A DNA stretch of 28,399 nt, taken from the IMG/VR virus record IMGVR_UViG_3300012942_000110, positions 1 to 28,399 of that record; one strand, written 5' to 3'. This stretch comes from a virus. Taxonomy: Duplodnaviria > Caudoviricetes. Under the pieces are notes generated by a model, which did no database searches, was not told the DNA's origin, and saw only the letters and a program-made list of their open reading frames with translations. Shown here one piece after another: positions 5,951-16,454 of the stretch. Within the stretch, counting starts at the first letter, position 1; each line of letters begins with the position of its first letter. A program made the position numbers and the translations under genes.

Positions 5951-7040
5951 GTTGCGCCATTGCCGCCCACAACGCTGCCCCGTCGATCGTGATCCCGACC
6001 TCTTTCAGCGCAGCCGTCAGGGCGGTCTGAAGCTCGGCAGTGCTGATCGTCGGCGTACTGACTTTCGCCAACTGCGTAGTGATGACGGACGCGATGGCCG
6101 ACTCGACCTGCTTCGCGAGCGACGGCGCACCGTTGTACGCAGAGTCGGTGCCGTGCGCCAGGCCGATGATCTCGTTCTCCTGAGCGGTGGTCACCTTGAT
6201 CGCATTCGCGGTCTGGTCGCCGACGAGCTCGAAGTTGTACCAGGAGGTGACCTGGCCCGCGCCCGCGTTCGCGTACAGGATCTTCGACGGGTCACCGGAC
6301 GGGAGGTTCCAGTTCACCGCGAAATACTTCTTGGTCTGGGTGTTGTAGAACAGCCGTGCGCGCGTGCCGCGCTGAATGTCGACGGAGATTTGCTGAACTT
6401 CCGATGCAGACAAGTCGTCCTCCTGGGTGGTCGATGAGACGGTGACGACGGCACCGTTCGCGAGGGATTCGTCGAGTGGGCCGAGCGCGCCGATGTGCGC
6501 GACGGACGTGTACTGCCAATAGGTCCACGATTTCCAGTAGCCGACCGTGGGCACCTTTCCCGGCGAGCCGGTGTTCGCGCCATAGTCAGCGACCCACAGC
6601 TCTTGACCGGCTGCCACATTCGCGGACCAGTCCGCCGCTTTGGTGACGCTCGAGCTCATGTAGAGGCCGGCGAGGATGCCCGCGATGGACTTCGTCGTCT
6701 GACCGAAGGTGAGCGCGTTCGCCGGCGTGGCGTGCGGCATCGAGCCTTCGTTTTCGATGTCGTACCAGAGCTTGTCGGCGACGCGAGGTTGCGCGTACTG
6801 CAGGAACAGGCGCGCGTGCGCGGCAGGGTCGCCGGGCCCGTTGAACCAGTAATGGTCGATGCCAAGGCCAGCCGCGCGAGCGTTCGCAACGTTCGCGTCG
6901 TGGTCGGCATCCTTGTAGGTTCCCGAGTCCGCGCCGCCTGCTTTGATGACGGCACGCTTGACGCCGAACGCGAGAACCGACTTGAACTGGGCAACCGAGT
7001 AGACGCCCTGCCACCGGGACATGTCGATAACAGCAGTCAT
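5922..7040 (-). CDS. Endolysin, GH25 muramidase plus C-terminal domain
   Basis: IDMSRWQG, IKAGG, HYWF, WYDIE (DxE), LWVADYG and WQYTS are GH25 signatures. Confidence 0.92.
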   Translation of the reverse strand: MTAVIDMSRWQGVYSVAQFKSVLAFGVKRAVIKAGGADSGTYKDADHDANVANARAAGLGIDHYWFNGPGDPAAHARLFLQYAQPRVADKLWYDIENEGSMPHATPANALTFGQTTKSIAGILAGLYMSSSVTKAADWSANVAAGQELWVADYGANTGSPGKVPTVGYWKSWTYWQYTSVAHIGALGPLDESLANGAVVTVSSTTQEDDLSASEVQQISVDIQRGTRARLFYNTQTKKYFAVNWNLPSGDPSKILYANAGAGQVTSWYNFELVGDQTANAIKVTTAQENEIIGLAHGTDSAYNGAPSLAKQVESAIASVITTQLAKVSTPTISTAELQTALTAALKEVGITIDGAALWAAMAQHVSVTVGSK

Positions 7041-7052
7041 GACGTACGCCTC

Positions 7053-7790
7053 CTAGTTGAGCAAATACGGCGGGAAGCCGAAAAGCAGCGTCCGCGACGA
7101 ACCGCTGAACTGCGTGATCGTGATCGATCCGTCCGTGCCGATAGTCACCACCGCATACGACGCATTGCCCGACCCAGCCGGGAAAGACATCGCCTCGGAC
7201 GGTCGCACCCCGAGAGGAAGCGTGCCGATCTGAGTAGGCACAGTGATGTCTGCGTTCCTGGCCGCAGTCCCACGGAACGTCACCCAGCCGTTCTTCACTC
7301 GGTATTGCGGCGTCGCGCCCGATGGCGACCAGTTGCTCGCGAGCGGAACGTTCACCCAGCCGGTGTCGAAGTACGGGCGCGTGTCCGTGATCAGCGGCGC
7401 ACCGTTCTGCGCCGCAATAACCGAAGCGAGCTGCAGGAACACTTTCCCGGCACCCGTCAGGTGCACCTGAACGTCGACAGTGAGAGCCGCCGTAGCCGGC
7501 GTCACCCCGTCGGGTGACGGGGTGAACAGGATGCCGACGAGATACGTTCCGCCCGTCGCCGTGAAAGGGAAACTCACCGTCGCGTCGATCTGATGCCCGA
7601 ACCCGTTCACGAGCGCCTGCGCAACCCCGGACGTCGTCGCCGGCGAAACGGTGATCGTCCCGTTCGAATACGCCACGGCATACGGGTTATCCGCAACAGT
7701 ACCGAGAATCCCGGTTCGTCCCATCTGGGTGATCGCCCACTGCGAATCAGTGAAGTTCTGCCCGTCCATCGGGAAGCTCTGCTCAGCCAT
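7053..7790 (-). CDS. Minor tail / baseplate-fiber protein
   Basis: N-terminal SFPMDG...QW baseplate-anchor-like region; C-terminal DTGW...QYR...FRG...TLPLGVRP knob pattern. Confidence 0.8.
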   Translation of the reverse strand: MAEQSFPMDGQNFTDSQWAITQMGRTGILGTVADNPYAVAYSNGTITVSPATTSGVAQALVNGFGHQIDATVSFPFTATGGTYLVGILFTPSPDGVTPATAALTVDVQVHLTGAGKVFLQLASVIAAQNGAPLITDTRPYFDTGWVNVPLASNWSPSGATPQYRVKNGWVTFRGTAARNADITVPTQIGTLPLGVRPSEAMSFPAGSGNASYAVVTIGTDGSITITQFSGSSRTLLFGFPPYLLN

Positions 7791-7798
7791 CGGCTCTC

Positions 7799-10585
7799 CT
7801 AGCTCGCGCGCAACAGCTGAAGCTGCTGCAATGCCTTCGCGACCGCGGCGTTCGTCGCCGTCACATAGTTCGAGGAATCACGGGCACCGACGACCGCCGA
7901 AACCGTCTCCGTCATCTGGTCCGACTGCACCTGAACCGTCGTCGTCACCTCACGCACCGGAGCCGTCAGGTTCAGGCCGTCGATGAACACGCCAACCGTG
8001 TCGCCCACGTTCCAGTCGCGCCGATACCTGATGTCGTCCGTGTCGGTAATCGTGAACGTCACCGACACCGGGTTCGCGCCATCCGAGATCGCGGACGCGC
8101 CGGCTTGAGTCAGCTGCGTGTTGTCCGTCGTCTGACGCTGATCCACGAGGCTCTCGATCTTCGCGCCCCACAGGCTCTCCGCCGTCGAATCGACCTGCTC
8201 AACGAAGATCCGGTTCACGCCCTGACCGCCACCAGCGACGATCGCGTCCGTCACCGTCGGCCGCGTCAGCGTGTACGACCAGTCCGTTCCGAGAACAACA
8301 CCCGCGAAGTCCGCCTTGCTGCCGAACCGGATATTCGCCGACAGGTCGTTGACCTGCCGCACCTCGAGGTCAAGGAACGGCCCCGACGCGTCTTCGTTCT
8401 GCAGGATGCTGACGTGCAGGCCACCCATCTCCGCAATATCGGAAACGGTGGTGCCGACCGGTTCGAGCCTCCCCGAGATGGACACGCTCGAACCGCGCCC
8501 CAACGACGTCGGAACGCGCAAACCCGCCCACTTTCGAGCCGTCAACGCACCCGGCCCCGCATCCGCGTTCACATACCCGAGCAGCACCGTCTCGGCCGTG
8601 CCGGAACGGTTGTCGTACGCCTGCGGCTGATTCGTGATCGGCTGCGTCGGCGCCGGGAACAGGATCCGGTCGTTCAAGCACTCAAGGTCGTCCACACCCG
8701 AGATCGTCGACGTCGCGTAACCGCGTTGAATCGACGTCACCGGACCCGACATGATCCGAATGCCGTCACGGATCAGAAGCACCGCATTGCCGGGGACGAG
8801 GAGATCCGCGAGCGCCTCATTAGGACCCGTGATCTGCCACGTGCCGGCGTTCATGCCCGAATCGCCCGACACGTTGTGTCGTTCCACGACCGTCAGAGAC
8901 GTGTACATCGACACGGGGTCGTAGGCGCGGGCGCGCGTGCCCTTCGCGAGCGGGTAGATCGTCCAAATGCCCTTACCGCTCGGGTTCACAACCGGGGCGA
9001 CTGCACCGGCAGGAGTCGAGGCCGCGACCACAGGGCGCGCGGCCGTGATCGCGGCGCTTCCCGAGTTCGTCTCGGAACCCGTCGCTGCGACGTGCGGTGC
9101 ACCTCCGGTCACCGCCACGGTGCCCGCGTCAACACCCGCCGCGGAACCCGTCGCAGCCACAGTCGGCTTACCGGAAGTCACCGACGCCGAACCCGTGTCG
9201 GTTTCGGTGCCAGTCGCGTGCGCAGTCGGCGCGGGAGCGGCGATCGAGCCCGAGCCGGCATCCGTCGAACCAGCCGAACCGGACGCGGACACGGTGGGCG
9301 CAGGCGCGGTGGCCGCTGCCGAACCGGAATCCGTCTCAGAGCCCGTCGCCGCAACGGCAGGCTTCCCCAGTGTCGCGGCTGCCGAACCCGAGTCGGTTTC
9401 CGAACCAGTCGCGGAAACAGTCGGAGATCCGGCCGTCACAGATGCGGTGCCCGTGGTCGACGTCGGAGCCGGTTCGATGATCCCGGCGATGGTCGACATT
9501 TCTGCCGCCTGGCCCGTGTCGTTCGGGTGCTGCTGCTGCGAGTCGCCCGTCGTCCACGAAGACGGAATCGACGCGTACGGGTACACGTCGTTCAGGTCGA
9601 GCCAGTTGACCGACGTTCCCGCACCCGTAGCGACCGTCTTACACGCCGACACATAGTCGGCGATGGTGTAGCTGCCGTTCGACTCGCTCTCAACACCCGG
9701 CGTCCGCATCGGCGCGAACACCAGAATCGACGGGCTCGACGGCAACGCCTTCAACGCGTTCAGCATCGACGTCAGGTTCGACGCGACCTGCGACGGCGTG
9801 TTCGTGCCGTCGCCGAGGTCGTTACCGCCGACCTGATCGATGATGACCAGATGCGGGGCGAAGTTCGACCAGCCAGCCCAGTTCCCGGTAGTCGACCCGG
9901 ACGTGGCACCGGAGGTGCCCATCATCGTAATGTCCTGCGACGACGTGTAGCCGGTGTGCGACGCGTCCCAGTACGTGATGCCGGCGGTGTAATCGCCGTT
10001 GTAGATCACGTCGCCGTCGATCATCACCGCGCCGCCCGTGGCCGTGTACTTGACCGTGTGCGTGCCAGCAGTGCCGAGCGAGAAATGGTAAATCTGACCG
10101 GGCTTCTGAGCCCCGGCAGCGGTCGGAGACACCGTGGCGACGGTGGTGCCGTCCACCGCAATGGTGATGGTGCCCCAGGTGATGCCAGACAGGCCCGTGG
10201 AGACGCCGAAGTACACGAGGTCGGCGGAATCGCCCGTCACCGTGCGCGAGATCGACGCACCCGAGTTCAGGTACGCGCCCTTGTCGCCCTGCATCGTGCC
10301 GACCTGACCGGTGCTCACCGTACCGGTAACAGTCCACGGGTTCCGCCACGGCTCCGAGCTGTCAAGGTAGGTGGCGTACCCGCCGGCCGGCGTCAAACCC
10401 TGACCGCCCGCAGCGGTCAGGCCGAAGTCCGACCGCATCTTCGCGACCAGCGAATCCAGCCACCGGGTAGCGCGGCTCGACGCGTTCTCACCCTCAGCGA
10501 TCGAGTCGCCCACCACGAGGATCTTCGCCCGCCCGGTCCCAGCCTTAGCGGCGGCAACGGCGCTGTTCCAAGTGGTGAACGACAC
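7799..10585 (-). CDS. Minor tail protein: SGNH/GDSL esterase, Ser/Thr/Ala repeat stalk and Gp37-like baseplate hub
   Basis: GDSIAEG, GGND and HPNDTG blocks; 21-23 aa repeats; C-terminal VAGGGQGVNR...VDQRQ...YRRDWNVGDTV typical of actinophage hub proteins. Confidence 0.85.
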   Translation of the reverse strand: MSFTTWNSAVAAAKAGTGRAKILVVGDSIAEGENASSRATRWLDSLVAKMRSDFGLTAAGGQGLTPAGGYATYLDSSEPWRNPWTVTGTVSTGQVGTMQGDKGAYLNSGASISRTVTGDSADLVYFGVSTGLSGITWGTITIAVDGTTVATVSPTAAGAQKPGQIYHFSLGTAGTHTVKYTATGGAVMIDGDVIYNGDYTAGITYWDASHTGYTSSQDITMMGTSGATSGSTTGNWAGWSNFAPHLVIIDQVGGNDLGDGTNTPSQVASNLTSMLNALKALPSSPSILVFAPMRTPGVESESNGSYTIADYVSACKTVATGAGTSVNWLDLNDVYPYASIPSSWTTGDSQQQHPNDTGQAAEMSTIAGIIEPAPTSTTGTASVTAGSPTVSATGSETDSGSAAATLGKPAVAATGSETDSGSAAATAPAPTVSASGSAGSTDAGSGSIAAPAPTAHATGTETDTGSASVTSGKPTVAATGSAAGVDAGTVAVTGGAPHVAATGSETNSGSAAITAARPVVAASTPAGAVAPVVNPSGKGIWTIYPLAKGTRARAYDPVSMYTSLTVVERHNVSGDSGMNAGTWQITGPNEALADLLVPGNAVLLIRDGIRIMSGPVTSIQRGYATSTISGVDDLECLNDRILFPAPTQPITNQPQAYDNRSGTAETVLLGYVNADAGPGALTARKWAGLRVPTSLGRGSSVSISGRLEPVGTTVSDIAEMGGLHVSILQNEDASGPFLDLEVRQVNDLSANIRFGSKADFAGVVLGTDWSYTLTRPTVTDAIVAGGGQGVNRIFVEQVDSTAESLWGAKIESLVDQRQTTDNTQLTQAGASAISDGANPVSVTFTITDTDDIRYRRDWNVGDTVGVFIDGLNLTAPVREVTTTVQVQSDQMTETVSAVVGARDSSNYVTATNAAVAKALQQLQLLRAS
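9015..9457 (-). repeat. About seven 21-23-aa repeats (TDSGSAAAT..PTVSATGSE-like)
   Basis: Visible in the translation of the 928-aa ORF; boundaries approximate. Confidence 0.8.
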
Positions 10586-10601
10586 GAACGCCTCCTAGCG
10601 G

Positions 10602-10997
10602 CTAAACCTGCGGAATCGTGATCGTGATCGCAGAAAGGTCAACGGGAACCGTCGTCTGCAGCGACGTCGACGCGAGCTGCACGTCACCACCGGAACCCGT
10701 CGCGGTGACGTCCATGTCGCCCTCAACGGTCGTTCCGTCCGACTTCAGCAGACGCGCCCAACCCGCCGTGCCGGCCGCTACAGGGCTGACCTGCGCCGGG
10801 TCGTTCGACGTGAGCACGTTCCCAGACGCCGTGAACGAGGACAGCGGGATCGTGACGAGCAGCGTGCCGCTCGCCGCTGTTTCCGGCGTGGCCGGCTTCG
10901 AGCCGGTGTAAATATTCAGCGAACCGCCGGCACTCACATCGGACGCGATCGCGGACGCCTCAACGCCAGCGAGGTGAACAGAAGGGTTGAACGTCAT
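10602..10997 (-). CDS. Small virion structural (tail fiber-associated) protein, 131 aa
   Basis: LNIYTGSKPA...GTLLV...AGTAGWARL...DVTATGSGGD pattern of small beta-rich phage tail proteins. Confidence 0.7.
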   Translation of the reverse strand: MTFNPSVHLAGVEASAIASDVSAGGSLNIYTGSKPATPETAASGTLLVTIPLSSFTASGNVLTSNDPAQVSPVAAGTAGWARLLKSDGTTVEGDMDVTATGSGGDVQLASTSLQTTVPVDLSAITITIPQV

Positions 10998-11037
10998 CGT
11001 GGTTCCAATCCAGAGAAGGGGAAACAGAAAGCGGGGG

Positions 11038-11961
11038 TTACCAGGCGGACTTGAAGCCCGGGGTCCATGTCAGCGAGACGCGTTGCGGCGACCCGGCAAT
11101 ATCGATCTCCGAATCACCGGGAGGCAGAGCCGAGATCACCGAACTCATCGAGATCGCGGACCATGCGGGCTGACCGTTGATGCGCGCTGACCGGCCACGC
11201 GGGTCGGTTTTCAGCAGCAACGTCTGACCGGTGGTCAGCGCGGAGACGTTGATGTTCGTGCCTGCCCACACCACCTCGAGCGCAGACGACGGACCGTCGA
11301 CCTCGATGACCGGCCATGCGGGAATCTCGCCCACGGTGACCGGCATCCCGGCACCGATGACGGAGAAGTCCGACATGATCTGACGCGGCCACGGGTACGT
11401 GGTTCCGGCCGACGACGTGATGAATGGGTTCGGTGCCTGCGCGGTGAACACAACCTGCGTTGCCTCGGGCGCCCGCCAGTACGGGTCGACGGCGATGAGG
11501 TTCAAGCCGTACTTCTGCCATTTCGTGCCGCCATCACCGGAACCCCACGATCCCTCCATGCCCGACGAGTACACGACCGTCAGCACGCGTTCCCCGGACG
11601 CTGACGTGACGCGGAGACGGAACGTGCCCGTCGAACCGAGCGTCACTTGCTCCCACCCGGCGACAACACCGCGCAACGCGGCAAGCGTGTCGAAGAAATC
11701 AGCCTGCGACGTTTCGGACGTGAACTCGAGCGGCAGGAACACGGGCCGCTGCAACACGTCCACTTCCTGCAACCACGTACCCGGAATACCGGGCGTCTGC
11801 GCGGTCACCACAGACAGCGGCGGCAAATCCAGGCCCGTCGCACCAGGCAGAAGCAAATGTTCCGCGTCAACGTTCAACGGGATCGAAACGGACCCGTCCA
11901 ACGACTCCAAATACAGGAGCCGTGAGTCATCTCGGGGAAGGGCCGAACTCGGATCGGTCAT
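11038..11961 (-). CDS. Distal tail protein (Dit-like)
   Basis: First gene after the tape measure; GLDLPP, RPVFLPL and LIAVDPYW motifs. Confidence 0.85.
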   Translation of the reverse strand: MTDPSSALPRDDSRLLYLESLDGSVSIPLNVDAEHLLLPGATGLDLPPLSVVTAQTPGIPGTWLQEVDVLQRPVFLPLEFTSETSQADFFDTLAALRGVVAGWEQVTLGSTGTFRLRVTSASGERVLTVVYSSGMEGSWGSGDGGTKWQKYGLNLIAVDPYWRAPEATQVVFTAQAPNPFITSSAGTTYPWPRQIMSDFSVIGAGMPVTVGEIPAWPVIEVDGPSSALEVVWAGTNINVSALTTGQTLLLKTDPRGRSARINGQPAWSAISMSSVISALPPGDSEIDIAGSPQRVSLTWTPGFKSAW

Positions 11962-11982
11962 TCGACCCTCCCCCTCGATTTG

Positions 11983-14900
11983 TTACCGGAGCGCGTCGAT
12001 CTGGCGTTCAGCGGCGATGTACTCGCGTGGCCCGAACTCGCGCCCGTAATTGTGGAAATGCATGGTTCGCTGATCCGCGCGGCCGTGACCGGACTGCGGG
12101 GCGAGTAGCTTCCACTGCTGCGGTGTGAGAACGGGTTCCGGTGAACCCGTCTTGTTCGCGACGACAGACAGTCCGGTCGGCAACATGCCGCCGTTGTCGT
12201 ACAACCCGACGACACCACCAGTCGAGTAACCGTGACCCTGACCCAGCGCCGACAGTGACGGCCCATACGCGTGCTTCGCGTAATTCAGGGCAGCCAACAG
12301 GTTGTCGTAACCGTTCAGAATGTTCCCGTGACCGGGGAACGCGTACGCGGCGAACGTTGACGGGATCGTCTGCATCAGACCCTGAGCCGGATGGCCCTCG
12401 ATCGAGTTGATGTCCGTGATCTGCTGCTTGATCGTCGGGTTGCCGCCAGATTCCGTCTGAATCTGCCGGAGCACCTTCTGAACCATCGCCGTAGACGTCG
12501 ACAGCCCATTCGCCGCCAGCGCCTTGATCACGTCCGCAGTCCACCGGGTGACACCCGAACCGGTCGGGTTAGCGACCGAACCGCCCCCGCTCGAGCCCTT
12601 ACCGCCGAACAGTGACGTGAACGCGCTCCGAGCCATGCTCACAAGCGACGACCCGACGCCCTTAGCCAAGTCCAGAGCGGACCCAGCGCCGGGAATCTTG
12701 CCAAGAACACCGTTCAGCGCCGAACTGATCGCCACGCCCGGATTCGACAGCACCGAAGCCGCAACTTTCGCCGCGTTCGTAGTCCAATCCCACGCGTCCG
12801 CGACGACACCACCGGAGGCGAAGCCGGCGAGCTTCCGCACACCGCCAACACCACCGGAGTTGCCGGCCTTGTTCAACGCGTTCACGAACCCCGGACCGAG
12901 AGCCCGCACCACTTCCGGCACGAGCACACCTTCGCCCTTGCGCATCGGAACCATCAGCTCGTCACGCTTCGCCGACTGATAACCGGGCAGCACACCGCCG
13001 CCCGCGAAACCCTTCGGCAACGGAATCGGTTGGATCGTCTTGGCGTTATTCTTGCCTTCGACCGCAACTGCGACCTTGTTGAACCCGTCGATGAGCGTGT
13101 CATCAATAACGGTCTTGATGACGAACTTGACCGGAACCGTGAACGCAGTCTTGATGCCACTCCATGCCGTCTTGACGGCATCTTTGAATCCGTCGAACAG
13201 CTTCGGGCCCGTCTTGGACAGCCATCCGCCGAGCGCGTCGAACGCGGGCTTCACCGTGTTCTTCCAGAACCCGGAGATCGTCGACCCGATACCGTCCCAC
13301 ACCGGCACGATGACGCTCTTCCACAACCATGAGGCCCAATGCCCGATGGTTTGCAGGCCACCCCACACGGCAGCGAACGTCGGATGAATGACCTTCGCCC
13401 ACGCCCACTGCGCCGCCGAACTGATCGCGTTCCACGCAGGAACGAACGCGCTCTGCCACAACCAGACAGCCCACGATCCGATGGTCTTCAGGCCATTCCA
13501 GAACGCCGTCACGATCGGAAGGATGACCTTGTTCCACGCGAGCTGAGAGGCCGCGACAATACCGTTCCACATGGGAACAATCGCGTTCTGCCACAACCAG
13601 ACACCCCAACTTCCGACCATCTTCAACGCGTTCCAAAGCGCCGTCAGGATGGGCGAAAGAATCTTGTTCCACGCCCACTGAGCCGCGCTCGAGATGCCGT
13701 TGAACGCCGGCACGAACACGTTGCGCCACAGCCATAGCGCGGCGGCACCCACCACATCGCGGATAACCACCGCGATGAGCGTGAACACTGCAACGTACGT
13801 GTCCCAGAACCACGTCAGGACCGCGCCGATGCCCGCGAACACCGGTTTGAAAATGTTCGTATACAGCCACGACATCGCCGTGCCGATCTGCTGCGCGCCC
13901 TGCGCGAACGCATCGAACACCGGCTTGATGATCGACTTGTACGACCACGAAACCGCAACACCGATCGCGTTCCACGACACCGCGAACGCGTTTCCGACAT
14001 CCTTAGCGGCCGTCTTCACCCAGTTGATCGCGTCGACGATTCCGTCGAACGCGGGCGTGATCGCATGCTGCCACAACCACGTCGCACCCTGACCGATCTG
14101 CGTCAACCCGTCCGAAAGCGCCGCGAACGTCGGCTTCAGAACGTTGTTCCACGCGAATGACGCCGCGACCTGGATGCCCTTCCACGCCGCCTGAACACCC
14201 GTGCGGAACCACGTCCAATGGTTGTATGCGTACATCACGCCGACCGTGAGCGCGACGAGCGCCGCAACGACGACCTCAATCGCGAGCGCGATCACACCGA
14301 ACGGGTTAGCGTCCTCCGCGACATCCAACGCTTCCTGAGCGCCGGTCGCCTGAACGGTCGCCATCTTGTAGGCGACCATCGCCGCCTTCATGCCCTTCGT
14401 CATCGCCGTGAACGTGAAGCCGAGCGCTTCACCGACCTTCAAAACTCCGTTGAACACGGCAACGCCAACACCGACGAGCTTGAACGCCGCGTATGCGCTG
14501 AGCAGTCCCACCGTCAAAGGACCAAGCCACGACTTGTTCGCGGCAATGAACCCGCTGACCTTCTGCGTCGCCGCGAGAACGCCCTGCGCCATCTGCGTGA
14601 AGATCGGCAGCAGCTTCGTCGTCGCCTGCTGAGCTGTCACAGCGAACGACTGGCTCAGCTTGTCCATCTGAACCTTGAACGTCGCCTGAGTCGCCGCCCA
14701 CGTCGACACGTTCGCGCCGCCCGTTTTCGCAGCCGCCGCGACCTTCGCGATGTTGCTGGCGAACGTCGCGCTCGAGCCGCCAGTCAGCATCAGGGCCGTG
14801 TTCAGGCCCGTCGCGCCGCCCAGCATCGCCTTCAACTGCGCCGTGTACGTCTGCGCCGCCGGCTGACCCGAACGGAGGTAGTTGTTGAAGCCCTGCGCCT

Positions 14901-16434
14901 GTCCTGCGAGGGACAAGAACTGCGACCCCATCGCGTAACCCTGCGAACCCATGTCGCGGATCGCAGTCCGGTACTCCTTCAGCGACGTCTGACCGCTCAA
15001 GTACGACTGCGAGAGCGTCCGGAGGCTCGACGGCATCTTGCCGAGCATCACGTTCAGGTCCTGAGACGCCGACTGCGACTTCTTGAACGTGTCGATAAGC
15101 ACAGTGCCTTGCGGGCCGAGCTTCGACGAGATCGCCTGCGTGATCAGGTCGATGGTCCCCGACAGGCCACGCTTGCCGAGATTCGTTGTCACGTCGTTGA
15201 CGGACAGGCCGAGCTGCTGCATCGCCTTCTGAGCCACCTGATTCGGTGCCTGCAGGTTGCGGATCGTGTTCGCAAGTTCCTGCGTCGCCTCATCCGCTGA
15301 CGTTCCATGCGACGTCAGAGTGGCGATCGCGCCACCCACCTGAGCGAACGAGATACCCGCAGCGGACGCGACCGGCAAAACTGTGGACAGCGAGCCGGCG
15401 AACTCCTGCATCGTCGTCTTCGACGCACCCGACGCCGCCACGAGCTCGTTCGTGACCGTCACAGCCTTAGATGCCGGCAGGTTGTACGAACGCATGATGC
15501 TCGTGAGCGCGTTCGTCATCGTGCCGAGATCGACCGACTCGGCTGCCGCACCCTGAGCAGCCGCCTTCAGCACGTTCAGACCGGAAGCGCCGCGGATGCC
15601 GGCCTTCTCGATCGTGTACATGCCTTCGGCGAGCTGCTCCGTCGACGTACCGGTGGACTTCGCAATGTTCTGAATGCCGGTAGCAACGGCCGGCAGAGCA
15701 GAAGCCGCCTCACCACCAGCTGTGACCAGAAGAGTCATCGACGACTGAAACTTCGACGCCGACTCGACGGCCGCTTTCACGCCCTCAGCCGCAGCGAACA
15801 TGCCGAAGAACGCCGCCATCGAACCCATCGACTTGACGAGGCCGCCGATACGTGAACCCATCGACGTGACAGACGACTCCGCCGCGCCGAGACCCTTCGC
15901 GAGCTTCGCAGAACCCGAATTCGCCGCCAGTTGCGCCTTCTCGAGATCCGTTTGCGCCGTAGCAAGCTGCCCGGTAACGACCTTCTGCTGCTCATAGGCG
16001 GCGCTGATCTGATCCGTCGCCGCCGTGACCTTCAGGGCAGCCTGCTCAGACTTTCCCTGAGCCAACGTGAGTTGCTGTTCCGCCTTGAGCGCCTGAGACG
16101 ACGTGGCACCGTGCTTCTCACGCGCTTCAGCGAGCTTCTGCTCCGCAGCCTGCACACCAAGAGCGGCAGCCTTCTCAGCGTTACGCGCGGCAGCGATATT
16201 TGCCGACTCACGCTTGATCTGCGCCGACGCTTTGGCTGAGGCGGTGGTCAACTCATCAACCGCCGCCTGAGCGGCCTTCGTCGCACCCTCAAGACCCGCA
16301 GTGAGGCCCTGCGTGAACGACTGACCCGCCTTCGCTCCCGCAGACTTCGCCGCCGTCGTGCCCTGCGCGGTAATAAGCTGCGCGAACCCCTTCAGCGACG
16401 GGATAACCTCGATATACGCGACGGAACCGGCCAT
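11983..16434 (-). CDS. Tape measure protein with C-terminal lytic transglycosylase (SLT) domain
   Basis: About 1483 aa, Ala-rich helical, Trp-periodic repeats; QTESGGNP...GLMQTIPSTF...AALNYAKHAYG; GGAGG 6 nt before ATG 16434. Confidence 0.95.
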   Translation of the reverse strand: MAGSVAYIEVIPSLKGFAQLITAQGTTAAKSAGAKAGQSFTQGLTAGLEGATKAAQAAVDELTTASAKASAQIKRESANIAAARNAEKAAALGVQAAEQKLAEAREKHGATSSQALKAEQQLTLAQGKSEQAALKVTAATDQISAAYEQQKVVTGQLATAQTDLEKAQLAANSGSAKLAKGLGAAESSVTSMGSRIGGLVKSMGSMAAFFGMFAAAEGVKAAVESASKFQSSMTLLVTAGGEAASALPAVATGIQNIAKSTGTSTEQLAEGMYTIEKAGIRGASGLNVLKAAAQGAAAESVDLGTMTNALTSIMRSYNLPASKAVTVTNELVAASGASKTTMQEFAGSLSTVLPVASAAGISFAQVGGAIATLTSHGTSADEATQELANTIRNLQAPNQVAQKAMQQLGLSVNDVTTNLGKRGLSGTIDLITQAISSKLGPQGTVLIDTFKKSQSASQDLNVMLGKMPSSLRTLSQSYLSGQTSLKEYRTAIRDMGSQGYAMGSQFLSLAGQAQGFNNYLRSGQPAAQTYTAQLKAMLGGATGLNTALMLTGGSSATFASNIAKVAAAAKTGGANVSTWAATQATFKVQMDKLSQSFAVTAQQATTKLLPIFTQMAQGVLAATQKVSGFIAANKSWLGPLTVGLLSAYAAFKLVGVGVAVFNGVLKVGEALGFTFTAMTKGMKAAMVAYKMATVQATGAQEALDVAEDANPFGVIALAIEVVVAALVALTVGVMYAYNHWTWFRTGVQAAWKGIQVAASFAWNNVLKPTFAALSDGLTQIGQGATWLWQHAITPAFDGIVDAINWVKTAAKDVGNAFAVSWNAIGVAVSWSYKSIIKPVFDAFAQGAQQIGTAMSWLYTNIFKPVFAGIGAVLTWFWDTYVAVFTLIAVVIRDVVGAAALWLWRNVFVPAFNGISSAAQWAWNKILSPILTALWNALKMVGSWGVWLWQNAIVPMWNGIVAASQLAWNKVILPIVTAFWNGLKTIGSWAVWLWQSAFVPAWNAISSAAQWAWAKVIHPTFAAVWGGLQTIGHWASWLWKSVIVPVWDGIGSTISGFWKNTVKPAFDALGGWLSKTGPKLFDGFKDAVKTAWSGIKTAFTVPVKFVIKTVIDDTLIDGFNKVAVAVEGKNNAKTIQPIPLPKGFAGGGVLPGYQSAKRDELMVPMRKGEGVLVPEVVRALGPGFVNALNKAGNSGGVGGVRKLAGFASGGVVADAWDWTTNAAKVAASVLSNPGVAISSALNGVLGKIPGAGSALDLAKGVGSSLVSMARSAFTSLFGGKGSSGGGSVANPTGSGVTRWTADVIKALAANGLSTSTAMVQKVLRQIQTESGGNPTIKQQITDINSIEGHPAQGLMQTIPSTFAAYAFPGHGNILNGYDNLLAALNYAKHAYGPSLSALGQGHGYSTGGVVGLYDNGGMLPTGLSVVANKTGSPEPVLTPQQWKLLAPQSGHGRADQRTMHFHNYGREFGPREYIAAERQIDALR

Positions 16435-16454
16435 CACAGACCTCCGTCACGTGT

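Noticed and set aside
7053-10585. Diversity-generating retroelement or invertible tail cassette
   Set aside because: No reverse transcriptase or invertase in the window, and no template/variable repeat pair noticed
8105-10621. 838-aa and 229-aa plus-strand ORFs
   Set aside because: Antisense shadows of the high-GC 928-aa tail gene
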